NCBI RefSeq assembly: GCF_009914755.1
Contig: NC_060942.1
Direction: 5' to 3' (one strand)
Source: the human T2T-CHM13v2.0 reference genome, Homo sapiens
DNA length: 64,000 bases
This document shows, piece by piece, positions 28,497-47,227 of the stretch. Position 1 is the first letter of the stretch, and the number at the start of each line of letters is the position of its first letter. The position numbers and the translations under genes are program-made. The notes under the pieces were generated by a model. That model had not been told where the DNA came from. It saw only the letters and a program-made list of their open reading frames with translations, and made no database searches.

Positions 28497-30229
28497 TGAT
28501 GCCAGAACAACTGGACATCCACATGCACAAAGATGAATGTAGACCTTACACCCATCACAAAACTTAACTGAAAATTGATCACAGACCTAAATGTAAAACA
28601 CAAAACCATAAAACTCCTGAAGATAACATAAGAGAAAATCTAGAAGACCTCATGTTCTGCAATGACTTTTTACATCCAACACCAAAGTCTCAATTCCTGA
28701 AAGAAGGAATTAATCAGCTGTACTTTTTTAAAAATTAAGAATTCTGGGCCTGGTGCAGTGGCTCATGCCTGTAATCCCAGCACTTTGGGAGGCCATGGTG
28801 GGCGGATAATTTGAGGTCAGGAGTTCAAGACCAGCCTGGTCAATATGGTAAAACCCCACCTCTACTAAAAAATACAAAAATTAGCCAGGTGTGATGGTGT
28901 GCACCTGTAGTCCCAGCTACTCAGGAGGCCAAGGCAGGAGAATCGCTTTAACCCGGGAGGCAGAGGTTGTAGTGAGCCAAGATTGCATCACTGCACTCCA
29001 GCCTAGGCGACAGAGCGAGACTCTGTCTTGGAATGGAATGGAATGGAATGGAATGGAATGGAATGGAAGAGAATAGAATAATTTCTCCTCCGTGAAAGAC
29101 ACTGTCAGAATAAAGACAAGCCACAGACAAGAAAAAAATATTTGCAAAAGACATAACTGGTAAAGGACTGTTATCGAAATCCAAAATATATGAAGAACTT
29201 TTAAAACTCAGTAATGAGGAAATGACCAGATTGAAAAATGGGCCAAAGACCTTAACAGACGCCTAGTCAAAAAAGATATACAGATGGCAAATAAACATAT
29301 GAAAAGATGTTCCACATATGTTATCAGGGAAACGCAAATTAAAACAACAAGATGCCCCTACGTACCTATTAGAATGGGAAAAATTCACAGCACCAAATGC
29401 TGATGAGGATGTGGAGCAAGAGGAACTCTCATTCATTGTTGATGGCAATGCAAAATGATATAGCCACTGTGGAAGACAGTTTGGCAGTTTCTTACAAAAG
29501 TAAACATACTGTAACTATGTGATGCAGCACCCAGTCTCCTTGGTATTTATCCAGAGTAGTTGAAAATTTATGTCTATGCAAAACCCCACACACGGATGTT
29601 TATAGCAGCTTTATTAATATTTGCCAAAACTTGGAAGCAACTGAGATGTCCTTAAGTAATGAAATGGATATACTGTGGTACATCCAGACGATGGAATATT
29701 ATTTACTGATAAAAAGAACTCTCAAGCCATGAAAAGATATGTAGGAAACTTAAATCCATGTTACTATAAGAAAGAAGTCAATCTGAAAAGGCTACATACT
29801 ATAGAATTCCAACTATAGGACATTCTCAGAAAGGCAAAACTAAGAAGTCAGTAAAAAAAAAAAAAAAATCAGTGTTTGCCAGGGGATAGGGAGGATAAGG
29901 ATGAATAAGCAGGGCCCAGAGGATTTTTAGGGCAGCGAAACTACTCTGTATGATACTGTAATGGTGGATACATGTTATTAAACATTTGTCCAGACCCATT
30001 GAATGTACAATAGGAAGAATGAACCCTAAATGTAAACTGTGGCCTCTGGGGGATAATGATGTGTCAATGTAAATTAATCAGTTGTAGCAAATGTACTCCT
30101 GTGGTGGGGGATGCTGGTAACTAGGAAGGCTATGCAGGTGCAAGGGCAGGAAATGCATAGGATGCTTCTGTATCTTCCTCTCAATTTTGCTATGAACCTA
30201 AAACTGCTCTTAAAAATGAAGTATTAAAA
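28497..30229 (+). mobile_element. L1M 3' portion (L1MC1-like ORF2 end and 3' UTR), split by an Alu
   Basis: Degenerate ORF2 C-terminal sequence; 3' UTR GAGGATTTTTAGGGCAGCGAAACTACTCTGTATGATAC...GAACCTAAAACTGCTCTTAAAAA. Confidence 0.8.
28747..29068 (+). mobile_element. Alu with (TGGAA)8 tail
   Basis: Alu body 28747-29028 followed by eight TGGAA units 29029-29068. Confidence 0.95.
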
Positions 30230-30399
30230 AGACAAACAAACAGTTCCCAACAAAATTCCCAATGAAATATTTTTGCAACAGATTTTCAGGTTAAAAGTTC
30301 CTAAGTCAGTTCAGTTTTGACACTGCCATGCTACATGCTGTTTTCAAAGGCTAGCATTCCCAAAGGCTAAGAAACAGCTGTTCTGAAGGTGCAGACTAC

Positions 30400-30605
30400 A
30401 TTATTTGTGTTTCCTGCTATTTATTAGTTGGATGACATTGGGAGACCACTTAACCTCTGTGGACTTCAGTGTCCTTATTGAAAAACGGGGGTCGTTTACA
30501 CTTATTTTGCCCACCGAACAGGATTGTTATAGTCAAGTGAAATAAAATATGTGAGAGCATTTTGAAAATTCCAAAGCACTATGAAAATCAACACTATTAT
30601 TGTCA
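30400..30605 (+). mobile_element. MIR fragment
   Basis: CACTTAACCTCTGTGGACTTCAGTGTCCTTATTGAAAAACGGGG core. Confidence 0.65.
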
Positions 30606-31509
30606 TTATGATTCCGTCTTAATACAACTCCTGTTACCTTGATGGAAAGATGAAAATACCCTGATTTGCTTTCCTCCCTTTTAAACTTGGTATCCTATTA
30701 AGAGTACTTACAGTAAGAGTAGATGGCATTAAATCTTATCACTTGTTCAGGAGCCAGCCTCTCTAATGTTTTTATTTGGATTCTGTTTGTACCAAAATGC
30801 ATTATCTGTTCCCATTGTTCATTTACCTCTCATGGGAAGAAAACAAGTCGTTTGTGGACTTGGAATCCCTAGACATAAAATGTGCCCTTCTTTTGATTCA
30901 GAAATAGAGAATCTAAAAAACATGAAACTTGAGGTGTTTCTGTAAGGTGCTGTGGGATTTGAGGTGAAGAATTTGAATATAACCAATATTTTACCTAACA
31001 AAAAGTTGTAAATGTAAAAATGCCTTTGTGCTACAAGTAAACTTTCTAATTTATCTACATAATATACAGTAAATATACAAAGATTTTCATAAAGCTACAC
31101 AGAAGAATCCATTTCATTACTTTACAGCTATCCATTTGTAAATGCACATGTACATTAATACCATACTTGGTGTAGTTATTAGAGTACAGCGTATAGAGAT
31201 AGAACAATCTTGGTACAACTTTGCCATCTGCAACTGTGTAATGAACGTGCAAGTTCTGGTCCTAATTTCCTTATAGAATGTTGTGAGAAGTAAATAAGGT
31301 GAAAAAAATAACTTAGACCATAGTAAATTGTCAGTAAAGTTTATTGTTATCATTATGTCTATATTACATATTTTATTTATAATTATTATGTATTTAGTAC
31401 TAATATAATTATATTGGTCATGTGATTTAATTGATTGACATATCAGTGTGTTATATTTTAATGTTAACTAGTAATGTTTATATATTATTATATGTTTTTA
31501 GTATATTTC

Positions 31510-31994
31510 TGCTATGGGTTGAATTATGTCCTCCCTGTCCATCACTACCACCAAATGTATATGTTGAAGTCGTAAGGCTCAATACCTCAGAATGTGATCT
31601 TATTTGGAGATATGGTCCTTACAGAGGACATCAAGTGACAGTTAGGTCATTAGGACAGACCTAATCCACTAGGACTGGTGTGTTTATGAAAGAGAAAAAA
31701 TTGGAGAATGACCTGCACACAGGGAGAATGCCATGTGAAGATCAAGGCAGAGATTAGGACCATGCTTCTACAAACCAAGGAAGGTATAGCAAAGATTGTC
31801 AGCAAACTACCAGAAGTTAGGTAAGAGGCATGAACAGACTCTCCCTCACAGCCTGCAAAAGCTCCCAACCCTGCTAACACCTTGATCTTGGGATTCTCTT
31901 CTCCAGATGAGACAATAAATTTCTATCATGTAAGCCACTCAGTTTGTAGTACTTTGTTATGGAAAGTACCACATGTCCTAGAAAATTAGCGTAC
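31510..31994 (+). mobile_element. MaLR solo LTR, MLT1C-like
   Basis: TGCTATGGGTTGAATTATGTCC start; ACCTCAGAATGTGATCTTATTTGGAGAT; GAGACAATAAATTTCT...AAGCCACTCAGTTTG. Confidence 0.85.
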
Positions 31995-34044
31995 TTCCTC
32001 ACTGGAAAATAGGCAAGAGTGGCCAGATAGATTTTATGGCATAACAACATAGGCAAGGATGCCAAGAGCATTCTTTGGTACTTTCTTTCATTGTCCACTA
32101 CTGAAATCCTACTTTGTCCCACCAGGTCTGGTCCAAAATCCATTTCCACAACAAATCTTTCCCAGTCTTCTGGTCAGAAGCACTTGCTTCCTCTTTTGTG
32201 CTCACAACATAGACAAGAATATTTTCCTACCTCATTCTTTCCCCCTGCAATCCATTTTGCTGTTGGAGCCAGATTAATCTTGCTTTAAAATTACCCTTAT
32301 ATATTAGATAATTTTTCACCCTGTCCCCCACCCATTCAATTCTAAGCATTTTGAGAACAACAAATTTCTTGTTTATTTGTGGTATGTCTATTCCATCCCC
32401 CACCAGCAAGTACACTGTAGTGCTTGCATGGAACATATGCTCAGCGAATGATAGAGAAATTGAACTGATTTTCATATCAGTATTTCCTCATCTTCACTGT
32501 ACTGAAAGAGAATGCTTCAGAGAAGGAGGAACTAAAATTAGTTGGATGAGCAGAAGTAAATTCCCAAGAAATAATTTTTGATTGAGGTTTGTAAAAGGAG
32601 AACTTGTGGGCAAAAAAGCAGCAACCTGGGAATACTAGGGAGTCCATGGCACAGAGCCGAGCACACTAAGTGTATCCAGTTGAGGTAAGAAAGGGATTGG
32701 ATTTATAGCCTCGAGCGCAATTCAAGGCCAGATTGGGAATCTTGGCTACCTTAGAGAGAAGGAAGCTTGTAAGATTACAATGCCGAAAAAGATTAGGGCT
32801 GGAGGCTGGTTGGGTGTAGGGAAGAAGAAGAGGGGAATGATAAAAGGGGGAAGCAAACGATTGCTTTTGTCTAGCTAATGGTCAGACAGGAGGAACCAGG
32901 ACTAGGCAGGAGTGAATTTGCCGCCAGGGTAGAAGTAGGTCAGTTGACAGCAATTTTCCAAACTAGCAGTTAGAACGTGGATAAATGCAAATGAACATGT
33001 CTGAACAATAATAGAGACTATTTGAAACTAGAAGGGTTCAAGAAAATATACAATATGTGGTTGCTATCATTGTAGAAATTATCGTTGGAGTAGGCCTGAG
33101 GTGATGATCTTTTCTTTCTCCTAGTTTTTATCATCTTTTCCCCTTGTCTAGCTTGAATATTGAACTGAAATACATTTTTAATAGGTTTTATCTTAAGAGC
33201 AGGTGAATTGATTCTATATTTCTCTTTCTTAAAAAGTCAAATCATTGGTTTTCTGTAACCTTCAATGGATTTTTTTACCACTTAAAGTTTCCACCTTTGT
33301 TCCAAGAGTCTCTCCCTAAGACCATTTAAATTTCCCTTTATTTCCCAAGGTAAAGAGAACTTCTACTTTGCTTGAGAACACCCTATATCTGTCTTAATGA
33401 CCTAAGAAATTTTACTCACTTCTTCTATTGTTCTTATAATGTCTAAATGAACAGGACTCTTGAAGACTTTTTTTTCCCATTGGATACTTCCATCTAGCAC
33501 AAGAATAGTCCTATGTCTAATCCCTGAAATTTAAATAAACTTTAGTATATTTTTATTTTCAGGCATCGCTAGTCTTTAGGGGTAGGAAAGTTAATTGATA
33601 GTAGGAAGAGTGTTGGTGAGCTACAAAGAAGTACAAGATACTGTCCCTGTCACTGAACCATTTTCTCAAACTAATTGTAAAGCAAGCTAACATAAGTGTG
33701 AATTATATAGCAATATAACTTGTCTCTAACATAATCTGTCTTCAAATGTGCAGACTATGCTCATATTACACTTTACAAAATTTCCGCTATGGCATACTAA
33801 CTGGCTTTCACGTGTGTTTTCTATGGGCATGTACTGGAAGTGTGGCCTGTGTTTCCCCTATGTACTTCTAAAAGTCTGTCTGGGAGTAGTACTCCTTTAG
33901 TCTTCCAGGAACCAGTTTGCATGTTGTATTGACGTATTCTTAGGTTGATAGATATTTTTAAAATACAGCATTTGACTCTAGAGAGAAACGGAGCCTGTGT
34001 CGTGATCTGTAGCATAGTGGAAGTGTCAGAGGAGTTTAATAGAG

Positions 34045-34290
34045 AGGCAGCAGAGTATAGTAGTTAAGTATATGAACTTTAGTTAAGCCCAAACCTGAGT
34101 TCAAATCCCGCTTTGCCACTTACTAGCTATGTGACTTTGGACAAATTATTTAATCTTTTTATGCCTCAATTTCTTGTTTAGTGAAATTATTGCAATGGTA
34201 GCTACCTTACAGTTTTATGAGATTAAGTTAATTAATGTTTATAAAGTACTGGGAAAAATGCCTAGCTCATAGTAGGTACAAAATAAGTAT
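34045..34290 (+). mobile_element. MIR, near full length
   Basis: GAGTTCAAATCCCGCTTTGCCACTTACTAGCTATGTGACTTTGGACAAATTATTTAA. Confidence 0.8.
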
Positions 34291-35542
34291 TAAGTAAAAG
34301 TCTTCCCATAATTAGCAACAAAAATACTTTTGATGGAATTTCAGTTGTGTATTTCTTTGGATAAGTATTAAATGACTAAATTATCATTTGGATCCTTATT
34401 ACAGAAATCTCTAAATCTTGTTTGGAGGCCTGATTGATTGGAGATTATGAAAATAACTAAACCTGTTAGTCTGAAAAGCCCTTAACATTCCCCGTGCCAG
34501 GCCCTTGTTGTCTGAGACGTTTCTGAGTAAAACTGGGAAAACTTAATGAAGGACAGTAGAGTGAGAGCATTTCATATCTGCTTTTGTGACTCAGTGTGAA
34601 TGGAGGCACCACATTGAACCTCCCCTGAAGTCATGTGCTGTTGTTGGTGTGTGGGCATTTGTGGTAGGGGAGTGGGTACAAGAAAAACAACTATTTCTGA
34701 AAAATACCAGACAATACAGTACAGCACTACATGTTCAGTTATAAGGAAATCAATCAACAGTTTTGGGAAGCAAACTATGAATGCTTGTTTTGATGTTAAA
34801 TTGCTGGTTCTAATCTGGTGTATTTTAGCAAAATCCCCCTATTCTGCTGAATTTAATGGAGCAGAGGAGCTGAGTGTTTGGGAATATGAAGCACCTGAAG
34901 CCATGAGAACCACAAAGGCTGAAGATTGCACCTGCTACCCACATCAGTCAAATAGCACTGATTCCATAGGTAGGGTTGCAGCTGCCTATGTAAATTCATT
35001 TCAGGTTACTTTCCTTAGCAAAGCTCAACTTAGTATACTCACTGTAGAACGTATTCTTTGTTCTTACAATGGTGAACCTCCTAAGAACACAGTAATACAC
35101 AGTTGATCTCAGCTTTGATGTTTTGCCTCACTTATAATGCAACCTGATAAGTGCTTTCTTCTCTACAGCATTGTAAGAAAATAAGTACTATTTTGGGACT
35201 ACCAAGATTAGTAACTGGCTTTATAAAAAGCTGTTTGGTACCTTTCTGAGTTCTTGATGTTTCTATTTCCAAATTAAAAATATAATTACATTTTGTGTGT
35301 GCCATCTTAGTTTCATAAACAATTCTGATTCTGTAATTTAAAACGTACTCTAAAAATATCTGAATCTGAGAGAATGATTTGCTATGTAGTGGCACCACTG
35401 AAAAGACTCATTTGATAAATCCCAAGTATAAGATGGCTTCCAAAAAGAATTTGAAAATCATTCCTAGTTATACTTCTTTACGTTTAATCAACATTGTATA
35501 GTTTTATAACAGCAAGTGTCTTTTAGCTTTTTTTATTATTTA

Positions 35543-35851
<309 letters not shown>

Positions 35852-36114
35852 TCAAAGATATACTAAGTAGAGGAAATAGTACAATGAAGAACTTCATTTA
35901 CCTTTCAACAATGATCAACTCATAGCTATTTTTGTTTTCTCTACTATTTACCTATATCCCCTCCACCTCCATATTATTTTAGTGCAAATCGCAGATACTA
36001 TATCATTTGATCTATGAATATTTCTATATGTATTGCTAAGATAGACACTACTCTTTTTAAGTGTTATCCCAATACCATCATTATACTCCTTCAACTTAAC
36101 AGTCATTCCTTATA

Positions 36115-36357
36115 TAGTAGTCTCCCCTTATCCTCAGGGGGATGTTCCATGACCCCCCACTGGATGCTTAAAACTTAGGATAGTACCAAACCCTATATAT
36201 ATTATTTTTTTCTTATACATAACATAACTATGATAAAGTTTAATTTAAAAATGTACAGTAAGAGATTAAAAATAGTAACTAATAAAATAGAACAATTATG
36301 ATGATATACTGTAATAAAAGTTAGATGATTGTAGTTTCTCTCTCTCTTTTCTCAAAA
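36115..36357 (+). mobile_element. TcMar-Tigger relic (MER44/Tigger7-like), one end only
   Basis: AGTAGTCTCCCCTTATCC...GGATAGTACCAAACCCTATATAT...ATGATAAAGTTTAATTTA. Confidence 0.75.
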
Positions 36358-36371
36358 AAATGCTGCACCAG

Positions 36372-36707
<336 letters not shown>

Positions 36708-36808
36708 TCATTTATCATGTTCTTCTGTCCATTTCATTGGGAGTAAAATCTAGATTGAGCTGATTTAGGTTAGGATTTTTTTTTTTTACAAGAATACTTC
36801 AAAGGTGT

Positions 36809-37183
36809 TGATATGGTTTAGCTATGTCCCCACCCAAATCTCATCTTGAATTATAGTTCCCATAATTCCCATGTGTCATGGGAGGGACCTGGTGGGAGGT
36901 AATTGAATCATGGGGGTGGTTACTCCATGCTGGTGTTCTCATGATAGTGAGTGAGTTCTCATGAGATTTGATGGTTTTATAAAGGGCTTTTCCCTCTTTG
37001 CTCAGCACTTCTCTCTCCTGCTGCCATGTGAAGAAGCATGTGTTTGCTTCCCCTTCCACCATGATTGTCAGTTTCCTGAAGTCTCCTCAGCCATGTGGAA
37101 CTGTGAGTCAATTAAACCTCTTCCTTTATAAATTACCCAGTCTCAGGCAGTTCTTTATAGCAGCATGAGAACAGACTAATACA
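36809..37183 (+). mobile_element. MaLR solo LTR, THE1C/THE1D-like
   Basis: TGATATGGTTTAGCTATGTCCCCACCCAAATCTCATCTTGAATT...GAACAGACTAATACA, 375 bp. Confidence 0.92.
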
Positions 37184-37679
37184 GGTAGTATGATTTATCT
37201 TTAATAGGAAATACATAATGTCTAGTTTCTCTCTTTTGGGATGTTAGTAGCCACTGATGATTATTGTCTTAGATTCATTGTTTCATTAGAAGTTGTAAAG
37301 AAGTAAAAATTTAATTCTGTTAATTCCCTCTTCAATTATTAATTGGAATACTTCTATAAGAAAAGATTGCCCCATCAATTATTTTATTATCCTGAGGTAC
37401 AATTTTTATGATATAGGCAGCATAAATATTAAACTATTTTCCTTCATTTACTACTCTTCATAATAAAGGATTTTTTAAAAAATAATTCACTGGTTTAAAG
37501 AAATTTAATGTGTTTCAGTGCATTACAGTTACTATCTTTATTGATATAATATTGTTTCATCTTTGATAAGTGGGGGATTATTCAGATTTGCTCCTGAGTT
37601 TACCTTTTGATAAAATTTAGTAGTTATTTTGAGCTGCTTGTGTAATAACATGGCCATCAACAATATGATTACTAAAATG

Positions 37680-37975
<296 letters not shown>

Positions 37976-39090
37976 GACTAAAATGATATATTTTTGTTTT
38001 ATTACTATGCCCCACTAGGAATGTATAATAAAATCACTGTGTTATGGAGTCACATAGAATAGTTCCCCAAGGAGAGTTATGCCTTCAAGTGAATACAGAG
38101 TTAGATTGTTTTATTGTACATCAAATTCCTAGGGACTATTTTTTAATTTTTTATAATTATGTTAAAATATGTACATACACCAAATAAGGTATATTCAGAT
38201 ATCTCAAACTTCTATTTCTGTACCTTCCATCTATTTTCTCTCATATATGTAACTAAATTTTAAAGTGATTTTTCTTCCACTAAAAAATCAGCTTTGGTGA
38301 TATAAAATTTACAAACAATACAACTGACCAGTTTTATGGGTATGACTTGATGAGTTTTGAAAAATGTGACATCACTACATGTTACACCATATGCAAACAC
38401 CATTATGCCCATGATAGAACATTTTCTTTACCCTAAAAAGTTACCTTATGTCTTTTTGCAGCTATTCTTCTTCTGACCCTGGTCCATGGCGACTACTGTT
38501 GTGGTTTCTTATAGTTTGCCTTTATGGGATTTTATATAAATATATTCATAGAGTATGTAGTATTTTATGTCTGGTTTCTTTCACTTAGCACAATCAGGTA
38601 GTGTAAGTGCTTCAACCTCTTTCTTTATCAAAAAATTTTGGCTAGTCTAGGTCCTTAGCATTTCTATATAAATTGTAAAATCATCTGTCTATTTATACAA
38701 AAAAAAGCTTTTTTTAATTTTGATTCTGAATTTTGATCAGAATTGTGTTAATTCTATAAAGCAATTCTGGAAGAATTGACATTTTACGTGATTCTTTGAA
38801 TCCATGAACATAGTACATTTCTCCATTTGTATAGGTATTCTTTAATTTCTTTTGGGAATATTTTATAATTTTCAGTTTACATGACTTGTACATGTTTTGT
38901 TGAATTCTGTAATATTTCATATTTTTGATACTATTGTAAAAGATGCTTTTTAAATTTTATATTCCAAATGTTGTTACTAGTATATATAAATACAATAGAT
39001 TTTAATATATTAATCTTATATTTTACAACCTTGCTATATTCACTTATTAATTCTAGTAGCTTTTTTTCTCTAGATTCATTAGAATTTTCA

Positions 39091-39315
39091 TTTTTATTAT
39101 TGATACATAATAGATGTACATATATTAGGGGTACATATGATAATTTGACATATTCATATAATCAAATCAGGGTAATTGTGGTATCTATCACTTTAAATAT
39201 TTATCTTTTCTTCCTGCTAGGAACATTTGAATTATTCTTTTCTAGCTGTTTTGAAATGTACAACAGATTAATGATAGCTATAGTCACCCTACTGATTTAG
39301 CAAACACCAAGTCTT
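39091..39315 (-). mobile_element. L1MA-type 3' end fragment nested in the older L1M
   Basis: TTGATACATAATAGATGTACATAT...CAAATCAGGGTAATTG...TATAGTCACCCTACTG. Confidence 0.7.
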
Positions 39316-39599
39316 GACAATCATATTGTCTATGAATAAAGATACTTTGATATCTTTCTTTTCAGTCTCTGCTTTTTATCTCTTTTTTTCTCTCTTATGC
39401 CACTGGCTAGGATCTCCAGTACAATGTTGAATAGAAGTGGTGAGAGCAGGAGTCCCTGTCTTATTCCTGATCTTAGGAGTAAAGCAATCAGTCTTTCACT
39501 ATTAATTATTACGGTGATGCCTGTAGGTGTTTCATAATTGCCCTTTAATGAGGTAGAGGGGTTTTCCCTCTATTCCTAATTTACTGAGAGTCTTTGTCA

Positions 39600-39942
<343 letters not shown>

Positions 39943-41395
39943 TGGATGTGGAATTTAATATGAATCCAATTGTTAAATCAAATTGTCAAACTGGACTGTC
40001 AAATTTTGTCAAATACTTTACATGAACCTACTGAGATGCTCATATGGCTTTCCTTTTTAACATTTTAATATAATGAGTTAAACTAATCTTTTAACGCTAA
40101 AGTAACCTTAAATCCCTGGGATGAAATTCATGTGGTAGTGATGTATTATTCCTTTTATGTATTGCTGGATTTAATTTGATAAAATTTTGTTAAAGATGTT
40201 TGTGGCTGTGTTCATAGGGAAATCATCATATAATTTCCTTTTCCTATATGTTTTTTCCTGGTTTTCCTTTCTGGTAAAGCAGATATCACAAAAAATATTG
40301 AAAAGTTTTATATCTTCCTTTTTCTGGATGTTTGTTTTGAGTTGGCAATATTTTTTAATGTTCGGTAGAATTCCTGGGCGTTTCCAAGATGGCCGAATAG
40401 GAACAGCTCCAGTCTATGGCTCCCAGCATGAGCGACGCAGAAGATGGGTGATTTCTGCATTTCCAACTGAGGTACTGAGTTCATCTCACTGGGGCTTGTT
40501 GGACAGTGGGTGCAGAACAATGGGTGCAGCACACTGAGCGTGAGCCGAAGCAGGGCAATGCATCACCTCACCTGGGAAGCATAAGGGGTCAGGGAATTCC
40601 TAGCCAAGCAAAGCTGTAACAGATGGCACCTGGAAAATCAGGTCACTCCCACCCTAATACTGTGCTTTTCCAGTGGTCTTAGCAAACGGCACACCAGGAG
40701 ATTATATCCCATGCCTGGCTCGGAGGGTCCCACACCCACGGAGCCTCACTCATTGGTAGCACAGCAGTCTGAGACCGAACTGCAAGGCAGCAGCAAGGCT
40801 GGGGGAGGGGCACCCCCATTGCTGAGGCTTGCGTAGGTAAACAAAGTGGCCAGAAGCTCGAACTGAGTGGAGCCCACCACGGCTCAAGGAGGCCTGCCTG
40901 CCTCTATAGACTCCACCTCTGGGGGCAGGGCATAGCCAAACAAAAGACAGCAGAAACCTCTGCAGACTTAAATGTCCCTGTCTGACAGCTTTGAAGAGAG
41001 TAGTGGTTCTCCCAGCATGGAGTTTGAGATCTGAGAACAGACAGACTGCCTCCTCAAGTTGGTCCCTGATCCCTGAGTAGCCTAACTGGGAGGGACCACC
41101 CCTAATAGGGGCAGACTGACACCTCACATGGTTGGGTACCCCTCTGAGACGAAACTTCCAGAGGAATGATCAGACAGCAACATTTGCTGTTCAGCAATAT
41201 TCGCTGTTCTGCAGCCTCTGCTGCTGATACCAAGGCAAACAGAATCTGGGGTGGACCTCCAGCAAACTCCAACAGACCTGCAGCTGAGGGTCCTGACCGT
41301 TAGAGGGAAAACTAACAAACAGAAAGGACATCCACACCAAAACCCCATCTGTACGTCACCATCATCAAAGACCAAAGGTAGTTAAAACCACAAAG

Positions 41396-42414
41396 ATGGG
41401 GAAAAAACAGAGCAGAAAAACTGAAAATTCTAAAAATCAGAGCTCCTCTCCTCCTCCAAAGGAATGCAGCTCCTCACCAGCAATGGAACAAAGCTGGACA
41501 GAGAATGACTTTGACAAGTTGAGAGAAGAAGGCTTCAGATGATCAAACTTCTCCAAGCTAAAGGAGGAAGTTCAAACCCATCGCAAAGAAGTTAAAAACC
41601 TTGAAAAAAGATTAGACGAATGGCTAACTAGAATAACCAATGTGGAGAAGTCCTTAAATGACCTGATGGAGCTGAAAACCAAGGCACGAGAACTACGTGA
41701 TGAATGCACAAGCTTCAGTAGCCGATTCGATCAACTGGAAGAAAGGGTATCAGTGATTGAAGATCAAATGAATGAAATGAAGAGAGAAGAGAAGTTTAGA
41801 AAAAAAAAAAAAAAGAATAAAAAGAAACGATCAAAGCCTCCAAGAAATAGAGGACTATGTAAAAAGACCAAATCTATGTCTGATTGGTGTACCTGAAAGT
41901 GACGGGGAGAATGGAACCAAGTTGGAAAACACTCTGCAGGATATTATCCAGGAGAACTTCCCCAACCTAGCAAGGCAGGCCAACATTCAAATTCAGGAAA
42001 TAGAATGCCACAAAGATATTCCTTGAGAAGAGCAACTCCAAGACACATAATTGTCAGATTCACCAAAGTTGAAATGAGGAAAAAACGTTAAGGGCAGCAA
42101 GAGAGAAAGGTTGGGTTACCCACAAAGGGAAGCCCATCAGACTAACAGCTGATCTCTCAGCAGAAACTCTACAAGCCAGAAGAGAGTGGGGTCCAGTATT
42201 CAACATTCTTAAAGAAAAGAATTTTCAACCGAGAATTTCATATCCAGCCAAACTAAGCTTCATAAGTGAAGGAGAAATAAAATCCTTTACAGACAAGCAA
42301 ATGCTGAGAGATTTTTTCACCACCAGGCCTGCCCTAAAAGAGCTCCTGAAGGAAGCACTAAACATGGAAAGGAACAACTGGTACCAGCCACTGCAAAAAC
42401 ATGCCAAATTGTAA
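41396..42414 (+). pseudogene. L1 ORF1 (RNA-binding/chaperone protein), disrupted
   Basis: ATGGGGAAAAAACAGAGCAG start and ...CATGCCAAATTGTAA end; in-frame TGA at 41540; expanded A run near 41800; further indels. Confidence 0.93.
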
Positions 42415-42477
42415 AGACCATCGATGCTATGAAGAAACAGTATCAACTAACGAGCAAAATAACCAGCTAACATCATA

Positions 42478-46301
<3,824 letters not shown>

Positions 46302-46541
46302 ACAATGAGAACACTTGGAAACAGGAAGGTGAACGTCACACACCGGGGCGTGTCGTGGGGTGGGGGGCGGGGGAGGGATAGCATTAGGAGATATACCTAA
46401 TGTAAATGATGAGTTAATGAGTGCAGCACACCAACATGGCACATGTATACATATGTAACAAACCTGCACGTTGTGCACATGTACCCTAGAACTTAAAGTA
46501 TAATAAAAATATAAATATATATAAAAAAACAAAAAATAAAA

Positions 46542-46717
46542 TATTTCTGAGGTCTAAACAGAAGACCATATAATCCCATAGTAGATTTGATCTTTGCTCT
46601 GAGGGTCTTTTTAGATTTGAGAATTTTGGAAAGATTGGGAATAAGAAACAGATATTTTTAACCCAAGAATTTCTGGCTACTTGATATTTTCTATAAACTT
46701 TAAAATGGAAAAAAAAA
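46542..46717 (+). other. Putative L1 3'-transduced segment with its own short poly-A
   Basis: Non-L1 sequence between the L1 tail and the second TSD copy (46716-46732); TATAAA at 46692; A9 at 46709-46717. Confidence 0.8.
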
Positions 46718-46935
46718 TGTTCAGTAGAATTCACTTATGAAACTATCTGGACCTAGGGGTTTCTTATGTTGGAAGGATTTTACCTATCAATATAATGTGG
46801 TTAATAAATATAGGGCTAATTAGGTTATCGATTGCTTCCTTAGTGAGCTAGTTTTTGTCTGACAAGGAATTTTTCCATTTCATCTAAGCTATCAAACCTG
46901 TTAAAACCTGTTACATGAAATTATTCCTGATATTC

Positions 46936-47227
46936 TTTTTTTTTTTTTTTTGAGATGGAGTTTCGCTCTTGTAACCAGGCTGGAGTGCAATGACACGATC
47001 TCAGCTCACTGCAGTTTTCGTCTTCTGGGTTCAAGCAATTCTCCTTCCTCAGCCCCCTAAGTAGCTGGTGGTGCCCACCACCATGCCCAGGTAATATTTG
47101 TATTTTTAGTAGAGACAAGATTTCACCATGTTGGCCAGGCTGGTCTCGAACTCCTGACCTCAGGCAATCTGCCCACCTCAGCCTCCCAAAGTGCTGGGAT
47201 TACAGGCGTGAACCACTGTGCCTAGCC
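46936..47227 (-). mobile_element. Alu (AluS-type) nested in L1M
   Basis: Reverse Alu; perfect TSD TATTCCTGATATTCTTTT. Confidence 0.95.

Noticed and set aside
29029-29068. (GGAAT)n as evidence of a pericentromeric satellite location
   Set aside because: Only 40 bp, at an Alu tail, in otherwise euchromatic-looking sequence
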